64,000 nucleotides of DNA from Leucoraja ocellata (taxonomy: Eukaryota). Both the position numbers and the translations under genes were made by a program. Below, one piece after another: positions 26,516-39,000 of the stretch. The stretch is from contig JAWMAR010000131.1 of assembly GCA_036785375.1 (NCBI GenBank), positions 1,984,001 to 2,048,000 on the forward strand, written 5' to 3'. Numbering within the stretch: the first letter of the stretch is position 1; the number at the start of each line of letters is the position of its first letter. The notes under the pieces were generated by a model that was not told the DNA's origin, ran no database searches, and worked only from the letters and a program-made list of their open reading frames with translations.

Positions 26516-29003
26516 CTTATCTTATCCATTAAGCTTATCTCCTCTCCCCTTAAACCTATATCCTCTAATCTGCGACATTTCCACCCTGGGAAAAACATTC
26601 TGATTGTCTTATCTTATCTATGCGTCTCATAATTTATATACTTATACCAAGTTGCCCCTCGATCTCTGCTCCAGAAAAAAATTCCCAAGTTTATCCAACC
26701 TCACGTTACAGCTGATACACTAAGCAATGTAGCAACATGATAAACCCCTTCTGCACCCTCTCCATATCCGTTTATAATGGGGCAACTTGAGTTGCACACA
26801 ATACTTCAAATGTGGCGGTACCAGTTTTGTGAAGCTGCAACGTGACTTCCTGACTTGCACTCAATACCCTGGCCAATGAAAGCAAGCATATCAAGCTGTG
26901 ATCCAATTACATAGTGATATTTTGAAATGGTAATGATATTGTAGGATTAAATACACACAAATTGGGAATCTTTAGATCTTTGCTTTAGTGCAGTCCAATG
27001 CATTGCCTTTATTTAAGAAAATAGTGTTTGGTTTATGGTTTTGATGATACATTCAACTTACTGAACCTATGCAAGCTGTAAGATAATTTTCATCAGTATC
27101 AGTTTTTATAGCCTATTCTCCCTTGCGTACTCGTGCACCAAGGAGGAGGGGGCAATTCGCAATGGATGGTGTACCATCACATCTTTGTGATGTGAGATAA
27201 TATAACATATCTGTACATTCAGTGGAAGCTCACAGAGCACAATGGGAAAATATGCAGGTATCATTCAAAGTCAGGGTTGAACCATTGGAGTTGTGAGGCA
27301 GCAATGGTACCTGCTGTGCCATTGTATAATCCTTGCTGGTAAGCAAGAGGACTGACTATGCAATAATGTCCTTACTAAACTGTAAAATGCAGTTTTGCAT
27401 TTTTGCAAAACATATTTTTCTGTACAAATTTGCAATGGAGAAGGATCCACTTTGGGGGCCTTAACACATTTTAGATGTTCTTAATTTGTGCTGTTTTTTA
27501 TTAGCTGTTCTATATATAAATCACTGCACGAGGTTGAATTGTACTTTCTTCTTCAGTTTGGTGGATCTCCAGTGTGCTATTTCTCTAATTCTTTGTTATG
27601 CTTCCCTCGCTGCATCCATCTTACTTGTGACATCAACATTATAATTGTAGGGGGAAATTTTCCTGCCAAACTGAAGGAATGGTGTAATTCTACTTTATTG
27701 TCATTGCCATGGCTGAGCTATTATATGTTGAGCAAGCTGTTAAAGTAATTTTCTCACTAGCTAATAACATTGGTGTGCTTAAACTATACTTTAACTCCTG
27801 GTTTGATACTACTTGTAATATAATTAGTCTTGATGGCAAACCTCTGGTATTTCACCCAAAAAAAGTGTTTGCTACCCATGAGATGGTGAGATATCTAAAT
27901 GGCAATGTAAATTGAAATAAAATGCAAGAAAAGAAAGGAAATTATATATTTTGAGAATAGGCCTGTCTCAAACAACTTGTGGGTTGAGCTAAACTTGTGT
28001 AATATCAAAACGGCAGGCTTTTAACTTTTTTCACTCAGAAAAATGTGTGTTAAATATTTGTTATTTACAGTGTGCTTTACTCACAAAAATGGTTGTTCTA
28101 CATCCTAGATTTTGCAGAAATAACGGCTGAGTAAAAGTGAAAACGTTATATGCCCCAGTTTGTTCATATTATTGACCCAGTGAATGCATCTGTAAAATTG
28201 CATATTAAAAGTTTATATTTTGCTTCATAGTGAATGTAATTGCAGATACCTAATGGACACTCGCTGACATTCAAGCATATTTTTTTTTTTTTAACTCCGT
28301 CAACCATTTTACACCTCTGGTTGTAATGAGTGTGTTTAATTTTCAAAACGTGGCTATTTTAATCTTTTTCTGTGTGGAATTGCACATTTTGTTGATATTT
28401 ATGTTCAGGTGATGTATTTTAGTATGGATGGGGAAATATTGACTCTTATTTTAATATGTCAGGTCTGATTTCACAACATTTCAATTTTGTTGAGCAGCTC
28501 CACTGATCTATCAGTTAATGGATATATCTTCCCTTATGCACAGTTTGCAAATCAAAATCTGACTCAAGATGACCTAATCTTGTAAACTGCCGTTCATATT
28601 GTTTGTGGCAGAGCAGTTGGAGCTTGTGTATGATGAAGCAACTTTGACCCTTAAGTTTTTCTTCCATAACATTTTCTTGCTTTGATCCATTTATTTTTTA
28701 CATTGCAGTGTTTGGTTACAGTGACTTGGACGGGATATGCATAACTCTTTTCATACATCACAAAAAAAATTACCTTTTCATACATAGCGACTAAATACAG
28801 TTTAAAAAACCCCAAATTAAGATGTTTTAAAATATTAATCCACTTTCAATTTGAGTCTAGTCATAATAAGGGTTTTACAATTGCGCAGGTTTTATGGACC
28901 ATTGTAAAAACTTTGCTAATAAATCAACTGCATGGCAACTTGGGTTGAGAATATTTTTAAATAACAAATATTTATAATGTATGTTTCAATCTCATTTACC
29001 TAG

Positions 29004-29094
29004 ATTGCTTGGTTGGAAAAGACTGATCAGTGGCATGATACAATTGAGGGCGAAGGAAAAGAGAAATTGTGCACCAAATTAACATCTATTGAAG
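29004..29094 (+). other. ADNP: Probable 5'-UTR exon of ADNP (91 bp)
   Basis: ctcatttacctag|ATTG...GAAG|gtatac. Purine-rich exon-like segment between promoter and ATG exon; vertebrate ADNP has non-coding exons in this position. Confidence 0.5.
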
Positions 29095-30074
29095 GTATAC
29101 TTTCCTTTAGACATTTCCTTTAGACAGAAAGCTCTAATTTATTTGAGTTTATTTGATTGTTTAATTAGGTGATCTTTTTAATCTAAATTTCCAAATGTAA
29201 ATGTGTAAAATTTAATCTGTAATCCAATAAACAGGTTGCAAATTCCCTGATATCTATTATAATATCTGATATCTTCTGTAGAATATCTTTTCTTACCTGG
29301 AATTACTTCAAATCAAACACTCGGTCATTTTCAGATTATTTAAAATATCAAATATGCAACCTGGAATGTCAGGCGTGCTCACCAAAAATGTTTCTTATGA
29401 AGCATCTGTTGTAACTGCCCAACTGATAGTAAATAGGCTATCTCAAATTAGTTCAATGTGCCTACGTTTGAACAATTTATTACATATCTCTCTTTCTGAT
29501 TAGCCTTTTAATTTTCATGCTGAGTTGTTTTGACATTTTGTCCATTCAAAAGTTGTACTTTGTTTCCTACAGAGATCCCCTTCATCCACAAACTGTTAAA
29601 TCTGGGGACAAAAGTTCAGGTGAGGGTTTATTTAATGTATTGGCATCTAAAATACAGACTTTTGCTGATTCAGGTATTTAAAGAAATATTCTCAATGTAA
29701 AACATTAACTTTAATGCTCTCCACTAATGCTGATCCACTGGAGTATTTCCAGTTTTCATTACTTTATTTGCAGTTTTCCGCATCAGTAATATTTAATATA
29801 TTGTGTGTGTGTGGCCTCCAGGGGGTGCAAACTGTTCTCTAATTCTGGTTTCTGTAACTTCCTGGAGTCTAAACTCCACTTGTTACAATTTGGAACTTAA
29901 TTCACTTCTCATGAAAGTATTCAAAAGAGATTTCAAGAAAACAATGAAGGAAGGAGCTCAAGCTTGCCCCACCATTAAATATGATAATAGCCAAGAGGTT
30001 GCCTTGTACCTCTTCTGCAGTTCCCTATAACCCTCAATTCCTTGATCTTTCCAATATTTATCCATCACAAGTCA

Positions 30075-30540
30075 CAAGATTAATTCGCGGGATGGCGGAA
30101 CTGTTATATGCTGAGAGAATGGAGCGGCTGGGCTTGTATACTCTGGAATTTTGAAGGATGATTTTGAAGGGGATCTTCTTGAAACATAAAATTATTATGG
30201 GTTTGGGCACGCTAGAGCCAGGAAACATGTTCCCGATGTTGGGGGAGTCCAGAACCGGGGGCCAGAGTTTAAGAATAAGGGGTAAGCCATTTAGAACGGA
30301 GACGAGGAAACACTTTTTCACACAGAGTTGTGAGTGTGGAATTCTCTGCCTCGGAGTGCGGTGGAGGCTGGTTCTCTGGATACGTTCAAGTGAGAGCTAG
30401 ATAGGGCTCTTAAAGATAGCGGAGTCAGGGGATATGGGCAGGAACGGGGTACTGATTGTGGATGATCAACCATGATCACATTGAATGGCGGTGCTGGCTT
30501 GAAGGGCCGAATGCCTACTCCTGCACCTATTGTCTATTGT
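30075..30540 (+). mobile_element. CR1 LINE 3' end
   Basis: ORF fragment MFPMLGESRTGGQSLRIRGKPFRTETRKHFFTQ, then a CR1 3' UTR and (ctattgt)n tail. Confidence 0.88.
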
Positions 30541-31667
30541 CCACAATAGATATCTAATGGTCTGGCTATCCTCAACCTCTGTAACAGAGCATTCCAGAAC
30601 TTCACTGCGCTTAAAATCTCCTTGCATTTTAATTTAACTTACCAGCCCTTTATTTTGTGGGGATGTCCCCATAGTTTGTGACTTCCACTTATGAAAATAA
30701 TTAAATCCTCCCTGTCCAACCTCTTAGGATCTTTTTGAGGAAGGTCAACCAACATTCTTCTACACTCCAAGGAATGCAGACTCAATCGGTGCAGCTTATT
30801 GGTAACACAACTCCTTCATTTGTGCACTACAATAATTAAATCTCTGAACTTGACTCATTTGCAGGCTCTTGCCATTTAAATAATCTGCTTTTTGATTCCT
30901 CCTACCAATATTTATGGAAATATTAGAGTGATATTGGGGGTTTTGTTGAATTTTGGGAAATCTTATCAGAGAACTGTCATGTTGAGACATGGAGATTTGA
31001 TTTAAGGGGCATTGGTAAAAGTATGGATTTAAGTTATTTCCTGGTGTGTGTTATACTATTAGGTGCATGTGAATAATCCACTGTTTAAACCCCATCTCTG
31101 GGTTTGGTTTCAAAATTACTTGTATAGCTGTGCCACATCAACACAATTACCATTCTTCATGCATGAATCCAGACCCTGAATTCTACCAGGTTTATTTGAG
31201 TTCACTGCACTCTAGCAATTCTTGGAACGGTTAGACACAGACACAGAATCTAATGTTTTTTAATTTCTTATAACAGTTGCGAGGTCTGAAAATTAACAAA
31301 ATCTTGAAAATCGTTTACCTTTCTTTAATTATTATTATTTTCTGTCAGACAACTTTCTGAGTCGGTTACAAGGAGCTTCAGATGATGGAATCTTGCGTAG
31401 AACACAAAGCGCTGGTTGCTCAATAGGTCAGGCAGCATCTCTGGCGGACATGGGTAGGCGGCATTCCAAGATGTCACCTATCCATGTCCCCCAGACATGA
31501 TGCCTGATCTGTTGGGTTATTCCAGCACTTTGAATTCTCCCCTACAATTTTATATCAATACATACCTGTTGCGTGTGCTCCACAGAGCATCGTTATCATA
31601 AAGCCTAAGATGTTTAGTTTGATGTGATATTCCCTTTGTTTGTGGATGTTTCACAGTCCTGCTACTA

Positions 31668-31900
31668 CAGGTCCACCATTGATTTTCTGATAACTGGTGG
31701 TCTGGCACTTCCTTTAAACTGGGGGAAAAAATCCTCGAGAGCACACTTGAACCCCCCCCTTCCAGAAATCCCCACCGAAAATGTGCCCAGGCTGGTTGAG
31801 GGGACCGATCTCAACCTCATTGGCACCTATGCGGCCGATCGGTGGGTTGAAATTGCCTCCTGCGGTCGAGGCTCTGGAATCCAGCAGATCAAAGGTTCTT
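31668..31900. mobile_element. Partial pogo/Tigger-type MITE
   Basis: TA|CAGGTCCACCATTGATTTTC..., homologous to 243-420 and 50436-50735. Confidence 0.6.
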
Positions 31901-31912
31901 AAAAGATTATTT

Positions 31913-32120
31913 TGTCCCTGTCCCGCTTAGGAAACGGAAACCTCTGGAGACTTTGCGCCCCACCCGAGGTTTCCATGTGGTTGCCGGAGGTTGCAGGTGG
32001 TTGCCGGAGGTTGCAGGTAGTGAAACTGACAAAAACCTCCAGGAACCGCACGGTAACCTTGGGTGGGGCACAAAGTCTCCAGAGGTTTCCGTTCAGGTTT
32101 CCTAAAAGTGGGACGGGGCA
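31913..32120. mobile_element. Fold-back MITE with about 75-bp inverted repeats (possibly PIF/Harbinger)
   Basis: ccctgtcccgcttaggaaac..ggaaacctctggagactttgcgccccaccc pairs with gggtggggcacaaagtctccagaggtttcc..gtttccta..agtgggacgggg; internal 20-bp tandem gtggttgccggaggttgcag x2. Confidence 0.75.
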
Positions 32121-32149
32121 TTAGAATACCTACCCCCATTTTCACTCTT

Positions 32150-33245
32150 GACAGATCGTTTCAGGCAACCCACCACACCCTATAAAATAAAATAAGCAAT
32201 GTGCCCTGCACATCTCATTTAAATTTTGCCTGTCTCACTTTAAAGTTTGACATTTCGACCAAGGGGAGAAAAGGGATAGGGTCTACCCTATCCTATGCCT
32301 CTCACATTTTTTTACATACCTATGTGTCGGGTGTCCCCTGGAAAATAATGATTCTCCAGAGAAAATAATCCAAGCTTCTCCAACCTTTTCTAGCTAATAC
32401 CCTCTAATCACGGCAGCATCCCAGTAAATCTGTTGTGTCCTCGACAAAGCCTTCATGTCCTAGTGATGGAGCAATCAGAACTGTGCACGATATTGTAAAT
32501 GCGAGCTAACCAGACTCCTCTATCAAGCTGCACATACTCATGCCCTGACTGATGAAGTTGAGCAAACCATATGCTGCCTTTATCCATGTGTTCATACATT
32601 CAGGGAACTATGGACTTGAACCCCAAGATCCCTCTGTATAACAATGCAGTTAAGGCTCTTGCCATTAACTGCATACTTTCCCCATACATTTGACCCCCCC
32701 CTCCCCCCCCCCCCCCCCCCCCCCCCCCAAAATGCTACACCTTGTGCTCAGTCGGATTAAACTCCATCTGCTTTTTCTCCGTACATTACTATAGCTGATC
32801 TTATAAGGCAATGAATACTTTGGCAGCCTTCCTCACTTCACTGGTTTTGGTGTCATCTGCAAACCTACTAACCAACCCATTTACATTAATAGGCAACGTT
32901 TCGGGCCAAAACCCTTCTGAATGGAAGAAGGGTTTCGGCCCGATACGTTGCCTAGTTCCTTTGCTCCATAGAATCTGCCTCACCCGCTGAGTTTCTCCAG
33001 CTCTTTTGTCTACTTTCGATTTTCCAGCATCTGCAGTTCCTTCTTAAACATTTACATGAATATCCTAGTTTGTATATTTTTCAGAAACACCATAGCCCTA
33101 GCACATACCTGCGTAATTTCAGCTGGTCTCAGACTTCCAACCTTTCCACCACAACCCTCTGTCCTCTGAGTCAGTTCTGAATCCAAATGACCAAGTCACA
33201 ATGGGTCTTAATCTTCTGGATCAGTTCCCCTTGTGAGACTTCATC
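32150..33245 (-). mobile_element. Degenerate CR1-type LINE fragment
   Basis: The minus strand encodes GLVSRFADDTK (RT catalytic motif); surrounding eroded CR1 sequence. Confidence 0.65.
32887..33048 (+). mobile_element. Penelope-type short repeat with inverted 5' end and 9-bp TSD
   Basis: CATTTACAT at 32878-32886 and 33049-33057; hairpin taggcaacgtttcgggcc.aaacccttct / agaagggtttcggcccga.acgttgccta at 32890-32954. Confidence 0.8.
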
Positions 33246-33940
33246 GGTCATTTCCATGATTTCAGAATTCATCGGTGTTATACAAATCTTTGCTGTCCTG
33301 CTCATTTTTACCTCTCAAGCTTGATTGATCAGTTCACAAGTAAAGTGGAATCTGGTATGAAATTTGAACATAGTCGTTAATGGAATAGGATATTAAGCAT
33401 TTGAAGAAATCCATACACATCAAAGAAAATGCACATGTATATTTATTTGTAAATATGACTAAGATATACTGTATAGTATATGAGGGTTTTTTCTTTTCTT
33501 TTCTCTTTTTTTGTATGGCTTTGTAAATATTTTATTAGTGTATAAATGTAAATAATTTGGTGCACATATAGCTGCTGGTGTACATATAGCTGCTAAATTT
33601 GTATAAGATAATTATAAGCAGTTGAATAAGGGGTGGGAATTAATAAGCTTTGGCTTCTTCCTGCTCCTTTTCGGACACGTACGATTTGATTTATTTATAG
33701 ATATTATTTATGACACTTTATAAATATTCTAGTTTTGTTTTTTGTATGCTGTTTCACACGCCTTTTATTCTTTTATTCTGCACGAAATAAAGATTTAAAT
33801 AAATAAATAAATAGATTTCATTCCTACAGTGGTGTCACTTGGTTTGCTTAATGATATAAGTAGTTCTTGGTAATTTAACCTTATTTTGAAAATAATTCCA
33901 TCGGGGCTTACCTGTGCTCTTTTTGGTTTGAACAGAAACT

Positions 33941-34048
33941 ATGTACCAGCTTCCTGTTAACAACCTTGCAAATCTAAGAAAAGCTCGTAAAACGGTGAAA
34001 AAAATCCTTACTGATATTGGGTTAGATTATTGTAAAGACCATATTGAG
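33941..34048 (+). CDS. ADNP: Activity-dependent neuroprotector homeobox protein, first coding exon (exon begins 33936)
   Basis: aacag|AAACT ATG...GAG|gtaagt. [36 protein letters not shown] matches the ADNP N-terminus (human [36 protein letters not shown]). Confidence 0.97.
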
Positions 34049-35393
34049 GTAAGTAGAATGCATTTTGGAAGGGGTTAAAATTATATCACATCCTAATTGT
34101 ACCAGGATTTTGTTAGCATTTCAAAATGAACATAGCAAGTTAAGGCAATTATTACATTTATTATAAGATGGTCCAGAATTTGCTGTTCTTAAGTTGTAGA
34201 AATTGCTATGGTAGGGAGATGTTATTCTGATGTGATAAAAGGATGCTCTTCTGGATGACAAATTATTACAGAGCTTTACTAAATTTATTCCATAACGCCA
34301 CAAGTGCTGGTTGGATCTGGATATGTAGGGTAAAATTTCTAATAATGCAGAACTTGAAATGATGGTAAACAGTGACGAAGAAAGTAGGAGACTGCAAGAA
34401 GACAGGGTGGCACAATGTGGAATTGTGCCACCGTGCCACATTGAAGTGGCAGATGGAATTTAATACAATTAAATAAAGTAATTGGCAGAAAGAATGAGAC
34501 GGTGTAGATCAAATGGCATTGTACTTGATGTATTGTTATGCATTGATGGAGTGGTGAGTAAAGTTTATGGCAAAGAATGTAAACGCAGGAAAACTGCATA
34601 AGATCCCCACAAGTTGATGAGGACAGGGTATACGTTATTTGTTTGGCCACAACAAGAGGATTGTATCCAATTCTGGCCACTACTGTTAAGAGAGGTTGTG
34701 TAGATCCAAGACTTATATTAAAAAAAAAAGATTCCAGGCTGATGTTAGACTTAAAGTTTGGATGACTCTTTTCAGAGCATTGGCGGTTGAGAAGAAGATT
34801 GAAGATATATAAAACCATGACTGTTTTAATATAGAAAGTAGTGAACTGTACTTAGAAGCAATGCTTCAAAGACAAGGTGGCACAAAATTCAAATTTGGAT
34901 AGAATATATAGGGGAATAATCGTAATCTTGCATAAAATATTGGTGGGTTGCAAATAGACTATTATTAATTTGTAGAAATGTAACCTCGGTTGAATAAGTG
35001 TATATTTATAACCTGGAACAGTGACCGTAAGAGCCCTGTAAAAGATTATACAAGGCTTGAAAAGGGGAGTTGGAATTGCACTCTAGGGACAAAAATTTGC
35101 ATGGGAATGAGTGATAATCATGCTTTACTATAAGATGCATTGTCATTTGTCTGGCCACTCCTGCTGTGACAGCAGTTGAATGCTTTGGCATTGAATTTGC
35201 AACTATTGGACAAATTACTACTGAAGTAATACTGCATTTTCAGAATTGAAGTTTGTATCATTTTGCTGCTTACAGTTTTATAGGATTTATATTGCGTGTA
35301 AATATAGAAATTGTTAGAACATTGTTTTGACAAAGCTTCAGGAAAGGTTTTTAAGAACCAATGAATTCAATAGTATAATTGCTCTTATTCCAG

Positions 35394-35486
35394 GATTTTA
35401 AACAGTTTGAACCAAATGATTTCTACCTAAAAAACACTACTTGGGATGATGTCTCGCTTTGGGATCCTTCTTCCACAAAGCTGCAG
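35394..35486 (+). CDS. ADNP: ADNP second coding exon (93 bp)
   Basis: ttccag|GAT...CAG|gttggt. Translates [31 protein letters not shown]. Confidence 0.97.
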
Positions 35487-36006
35487 GTTGGTTTTATTTC
35501 AGATTTTGAATATATTGACGGTTAAGTTATGGTTACATCTGTGATGCAGCTATAACTAGTTAACAGGAAGATCTTTATCTGCAATTTTTTAACTAATGGT
35601 TCGATGATTGTGTTGGTAAATCCACTGTACCGGCAGTTCAAGACATTTGATGCATCTCTCTGTATATGTGAATTGTAGTTTAGTGCAGTTGAAATATGTT
35701 GTATATATGTATTCAGTTGTCTCAAGCCTCACTGCTAACTGTAGTATCGACACAACTTGTAAAGTAGTATCTGTACTATTCTTGTGTAGACACTAAAACT
35801 ATATCATGGCTAAATAACAGATAACTGATTTAGAGCAGTTTTTGGTAGTGAATTTAAAAATTAAACTTCTAAAATTGAAAAAAAATTGTGTATCTATATT
35901 TATGCAATTTACAGTATTCTAATAGTTTTGTTTAAATCATAAATGAAGTAATATTAGATTGATTTACATTGCAATATGACCTAAACATTTTTTGTTTGTT
36001 TTTCAG

Positions 36007-39000
36007 GATTATCGTACAAAACCATTTTGCTGCAGCGCTTGTCCTTTTGCATCCAAATTTTTTTCTGCCTACAAAAGCCACTTCCGAAATGTTCATAGTG
36101 AAGATTTTGAAAACAAAATCCTCATTAATTGCCCTTATTGTCCCTACAATGCCGACAGAAAGACCTTGGAGACCCATATCAAAATATTTCATGTTCCTCT
36201 CTGGAAAGTACCTAGTGGAGGCAAGAATGCACACCATGAAAAGTCAAAGCAGGATAGCAGTCTTAAACTGAAGCATGGTGACAGTGTGGAACAAGCAGTC
36301 TATTACTGCAAGAAGTGTACTTACCGTGATCCCCTTTATGATGTTGTCAGGAAGCATATTTACAGGGAACATTTTCAGCATGTGGCAGCCCCTTATGTGG
36401 CAAGAACAGCAGACAAGTCAGTGAATGGAACATTTTCTGCCACTAATGGAAGAGAGGATGGGACTGTGCATTGTAAACGTTGTCTCTTCATACCCAAAAC
36501 TTACGAAGCCTTGGTGCAGCATGTTATTGAAGACCATGAACGAATAGGATACCAAGTAACAGCTATGATAGGGCACACTAATGTGGTTGTTCCAAGATCA
36601 AAACCCTTGATGCTGATAGCACCAAAGCCACATGACAAGGCTTTAGCAGCTGGAAATTATCAGGGTGGGAAAGGTTCAATGCAGCAGAATATGAATCGTG
36701 CATCCATGTCAAAAAATGCACAGAATTCGGCTGTCAATCTTATGTCGGGTGGTGGTCGTCTGCCACCAAAGTATGCGGTTTCATCGATGGCACATAACTA
36801 TTCTTTGGGTCAACAAATGAGGCTCCCACTGCCAGGTGGTTTACCAGTTTCTATGCAGCAGCGACCACAAACAGTAAAGCAGTTGATCTCTGGTGGCAAT
36901 GGGCGACAATATGGAGTTGGTGCCGGTGAACAGAGGAGAGCATCGCAGATGCAATATAATGTTCAGTCGGGGAGCATGACTGGTAATAGTGGATCAATGA
37001 AACAGTCACAGTACAATATTTCTCAAGCTCAGAGGATGCAAGGATTATCTGCTTCAGCAGTAAAGTCACTAACTTCCCCAACTAATTCTGCTAACCAGAG
37101 CCCTGCGTTAGCAGGGTCTGCTGCTCAGAAGTGGAAGATTTGCACAATGTGTAATGAGCTTTTTCCAGAAAGTGTGTACAGCATACACTTTGAAAAGGAG
37201 CATAAAGCTGAAAAGATCCAGGCTGTAGCTAATTACATTCAGAAGATCAACAGTTTCACAAGCAAATGTCTCTACTGTAATCGCTATTTACCCAGTGAAA
37301 CACTGCTTAACCATATGCTTATCCATGGACTCTCGTGTCCCTACTGTCGTTCCACTTTCAATGATGTTGACAAGATGGCTGAACATGTAAGAATCCTTCA
37401 CATTGATGAAGAAGTGGGACCCAAGACTGAATCAACGTTGACCTTTGATCTGTCTACACAGAAAGGTAGTCGCAGTAATATACAGCTCCATGTTACTACA
37501 TACAGTACATCTGAGAGTACCTCGGTGGAGAATACAAATTATCGGCCCCAGAATCAGAACTTGGGTTTTAGAAAGCCAGAAGGGCAGTTGCAGCAGCCAA
37601 AACCACAGGCCAAATCTAGAATAAAGCCAGATTTGAATTCTATACCTCAAACCCAGATTCCCTATAAAAATGATGTGGGTAAAACCCTTTGTCCATTGTG
37701 CTTTTCTATTTTGAAGGGCCCAATATCTGATGCTTTGGCGCACCATCTGAGGGAACGGCATCAGGTGATACAAACAATTCATCCGGTGGAGAAAAAGCTC
37801 ACCTATAAGTGCATTCACTGTTTGGGAGTCTACACGAGTAACATGACAGCTTCAACCATAACATTGCATCTGGTGCACTGTAGAGGTGTTGGAAAAACAC
37901 AAAATGGTCAGGATCGGAGCCTTACTCATGCCAAGGTAACACACTCGCCAAGTGTAATGCCCATGAAGCGAGAATATGAGTATGCATATGGGGACTTTGC
38001 TTTAATGAAAAAAAGGAAATTGGATGGTGAAGAACCTGTTCAGGGTTTTACCCCAGGAGACGATAAACCAGAGGAGCCAGTAGCTTTAGCTATTGATCCC
38101 AAGGGTTATGAGGATGAGTCCTATGAGGCCAGAAAAATGTTCCTTACAAACTATTTTAACAAACAACCTTACCCAAGCAGAAGGGAAATTGAAAAGTTGG
38201 CAGCTGGCTTATGGTTGTGGAAATCTGATATTGCTTCCCACTTTAGCAATAAGAGGAAGAAATGTGTTCGAGATTGCGAGAAGTACAGGCCTAAAGTATT
38301 GCTTGGATTTAACATGATGGAGACACGAAAAGTAAAGCACAATATGGACTTTGGGACGACTTGGAATATACTAAATAACACAGAAATAGTTGGCAAAGAA
38401 TCTGTTACTTTAAAACCAAGCATAGAAAAAGTAAATCAGAAACTGGGAAAAGGGAGAAGAGATTTGATTCGGGGACCGGAAAAATTGGAGGGAACCGTTT
38501 TAGATTTGAGCCCCCAAATGGAGGAAAATTCAAATCCAAACTTGGGAAAGATGAAAGGAAGAACTGTGAACCTGTGTTCAGAAAACGTGGAGGGAAGTGC
38601 TTTAGACTTGAGCACTCAGGTGGAAGAAAGACCTTCAAATGCCGGCTCTGCAATGGAGGAGGGAACACCATTGGATTTGAGTGCTCAGGTGGTGGAGGAA
38701 AGTCCTTCAATCAAGAGCACTGAGATGGTGGAGGAAAGTCCTTCAAATATGAGTTCTGAGATGGCAACAGAGAGCCCTTCAAATGTAAGTTCTGATATGG
38801 TCGAGGGAAGTGCTTTAGATTTGAGTTCCCAGATGGTGGAAAAAAGCCCTTCAAGTATGAGTGCTGAGATGGTGGAGGAAAGCCCATCGAACATGAGTGC
38901 TGAGATGGTGGAAGCAAGTCCTATAAATACGAGTCCTGATAATATGGAGGAAAATGCAACAAATGCTTTTGTTGGTGAAGATTTGTCATCAAGTGAAATG

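Noticed and set aside
27190-27325. tRNA-like head of a degenerate SINE (related fragment at about 4865-5000)
   Set aside because: Too eroded to call as a tRNA gene or assign to a family; likely an old SINE remnant.
32693-32728. Long poly-C/G runs (also about 424, 16220, 44832, 46590 and 53060)
   Set aside because: Simple homopolymers, mostly inside TE remnants; lengths are unreliable and there is no evidence of function beyond generic G4 potential.
35992-36006. ORF-track start MFVFQ for the 1227-aa ORF
   Set aside because: This is the intronic pyrimidine tract and acceptor; the real N-terminus comes from exons at 33941 and 35394.
38690-38930. Regularly spaced repeats resembling a CRISPR-like array
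   Set aside because: In-frame coding minisatellite with no unique spacers, in eukaryotic DNA.
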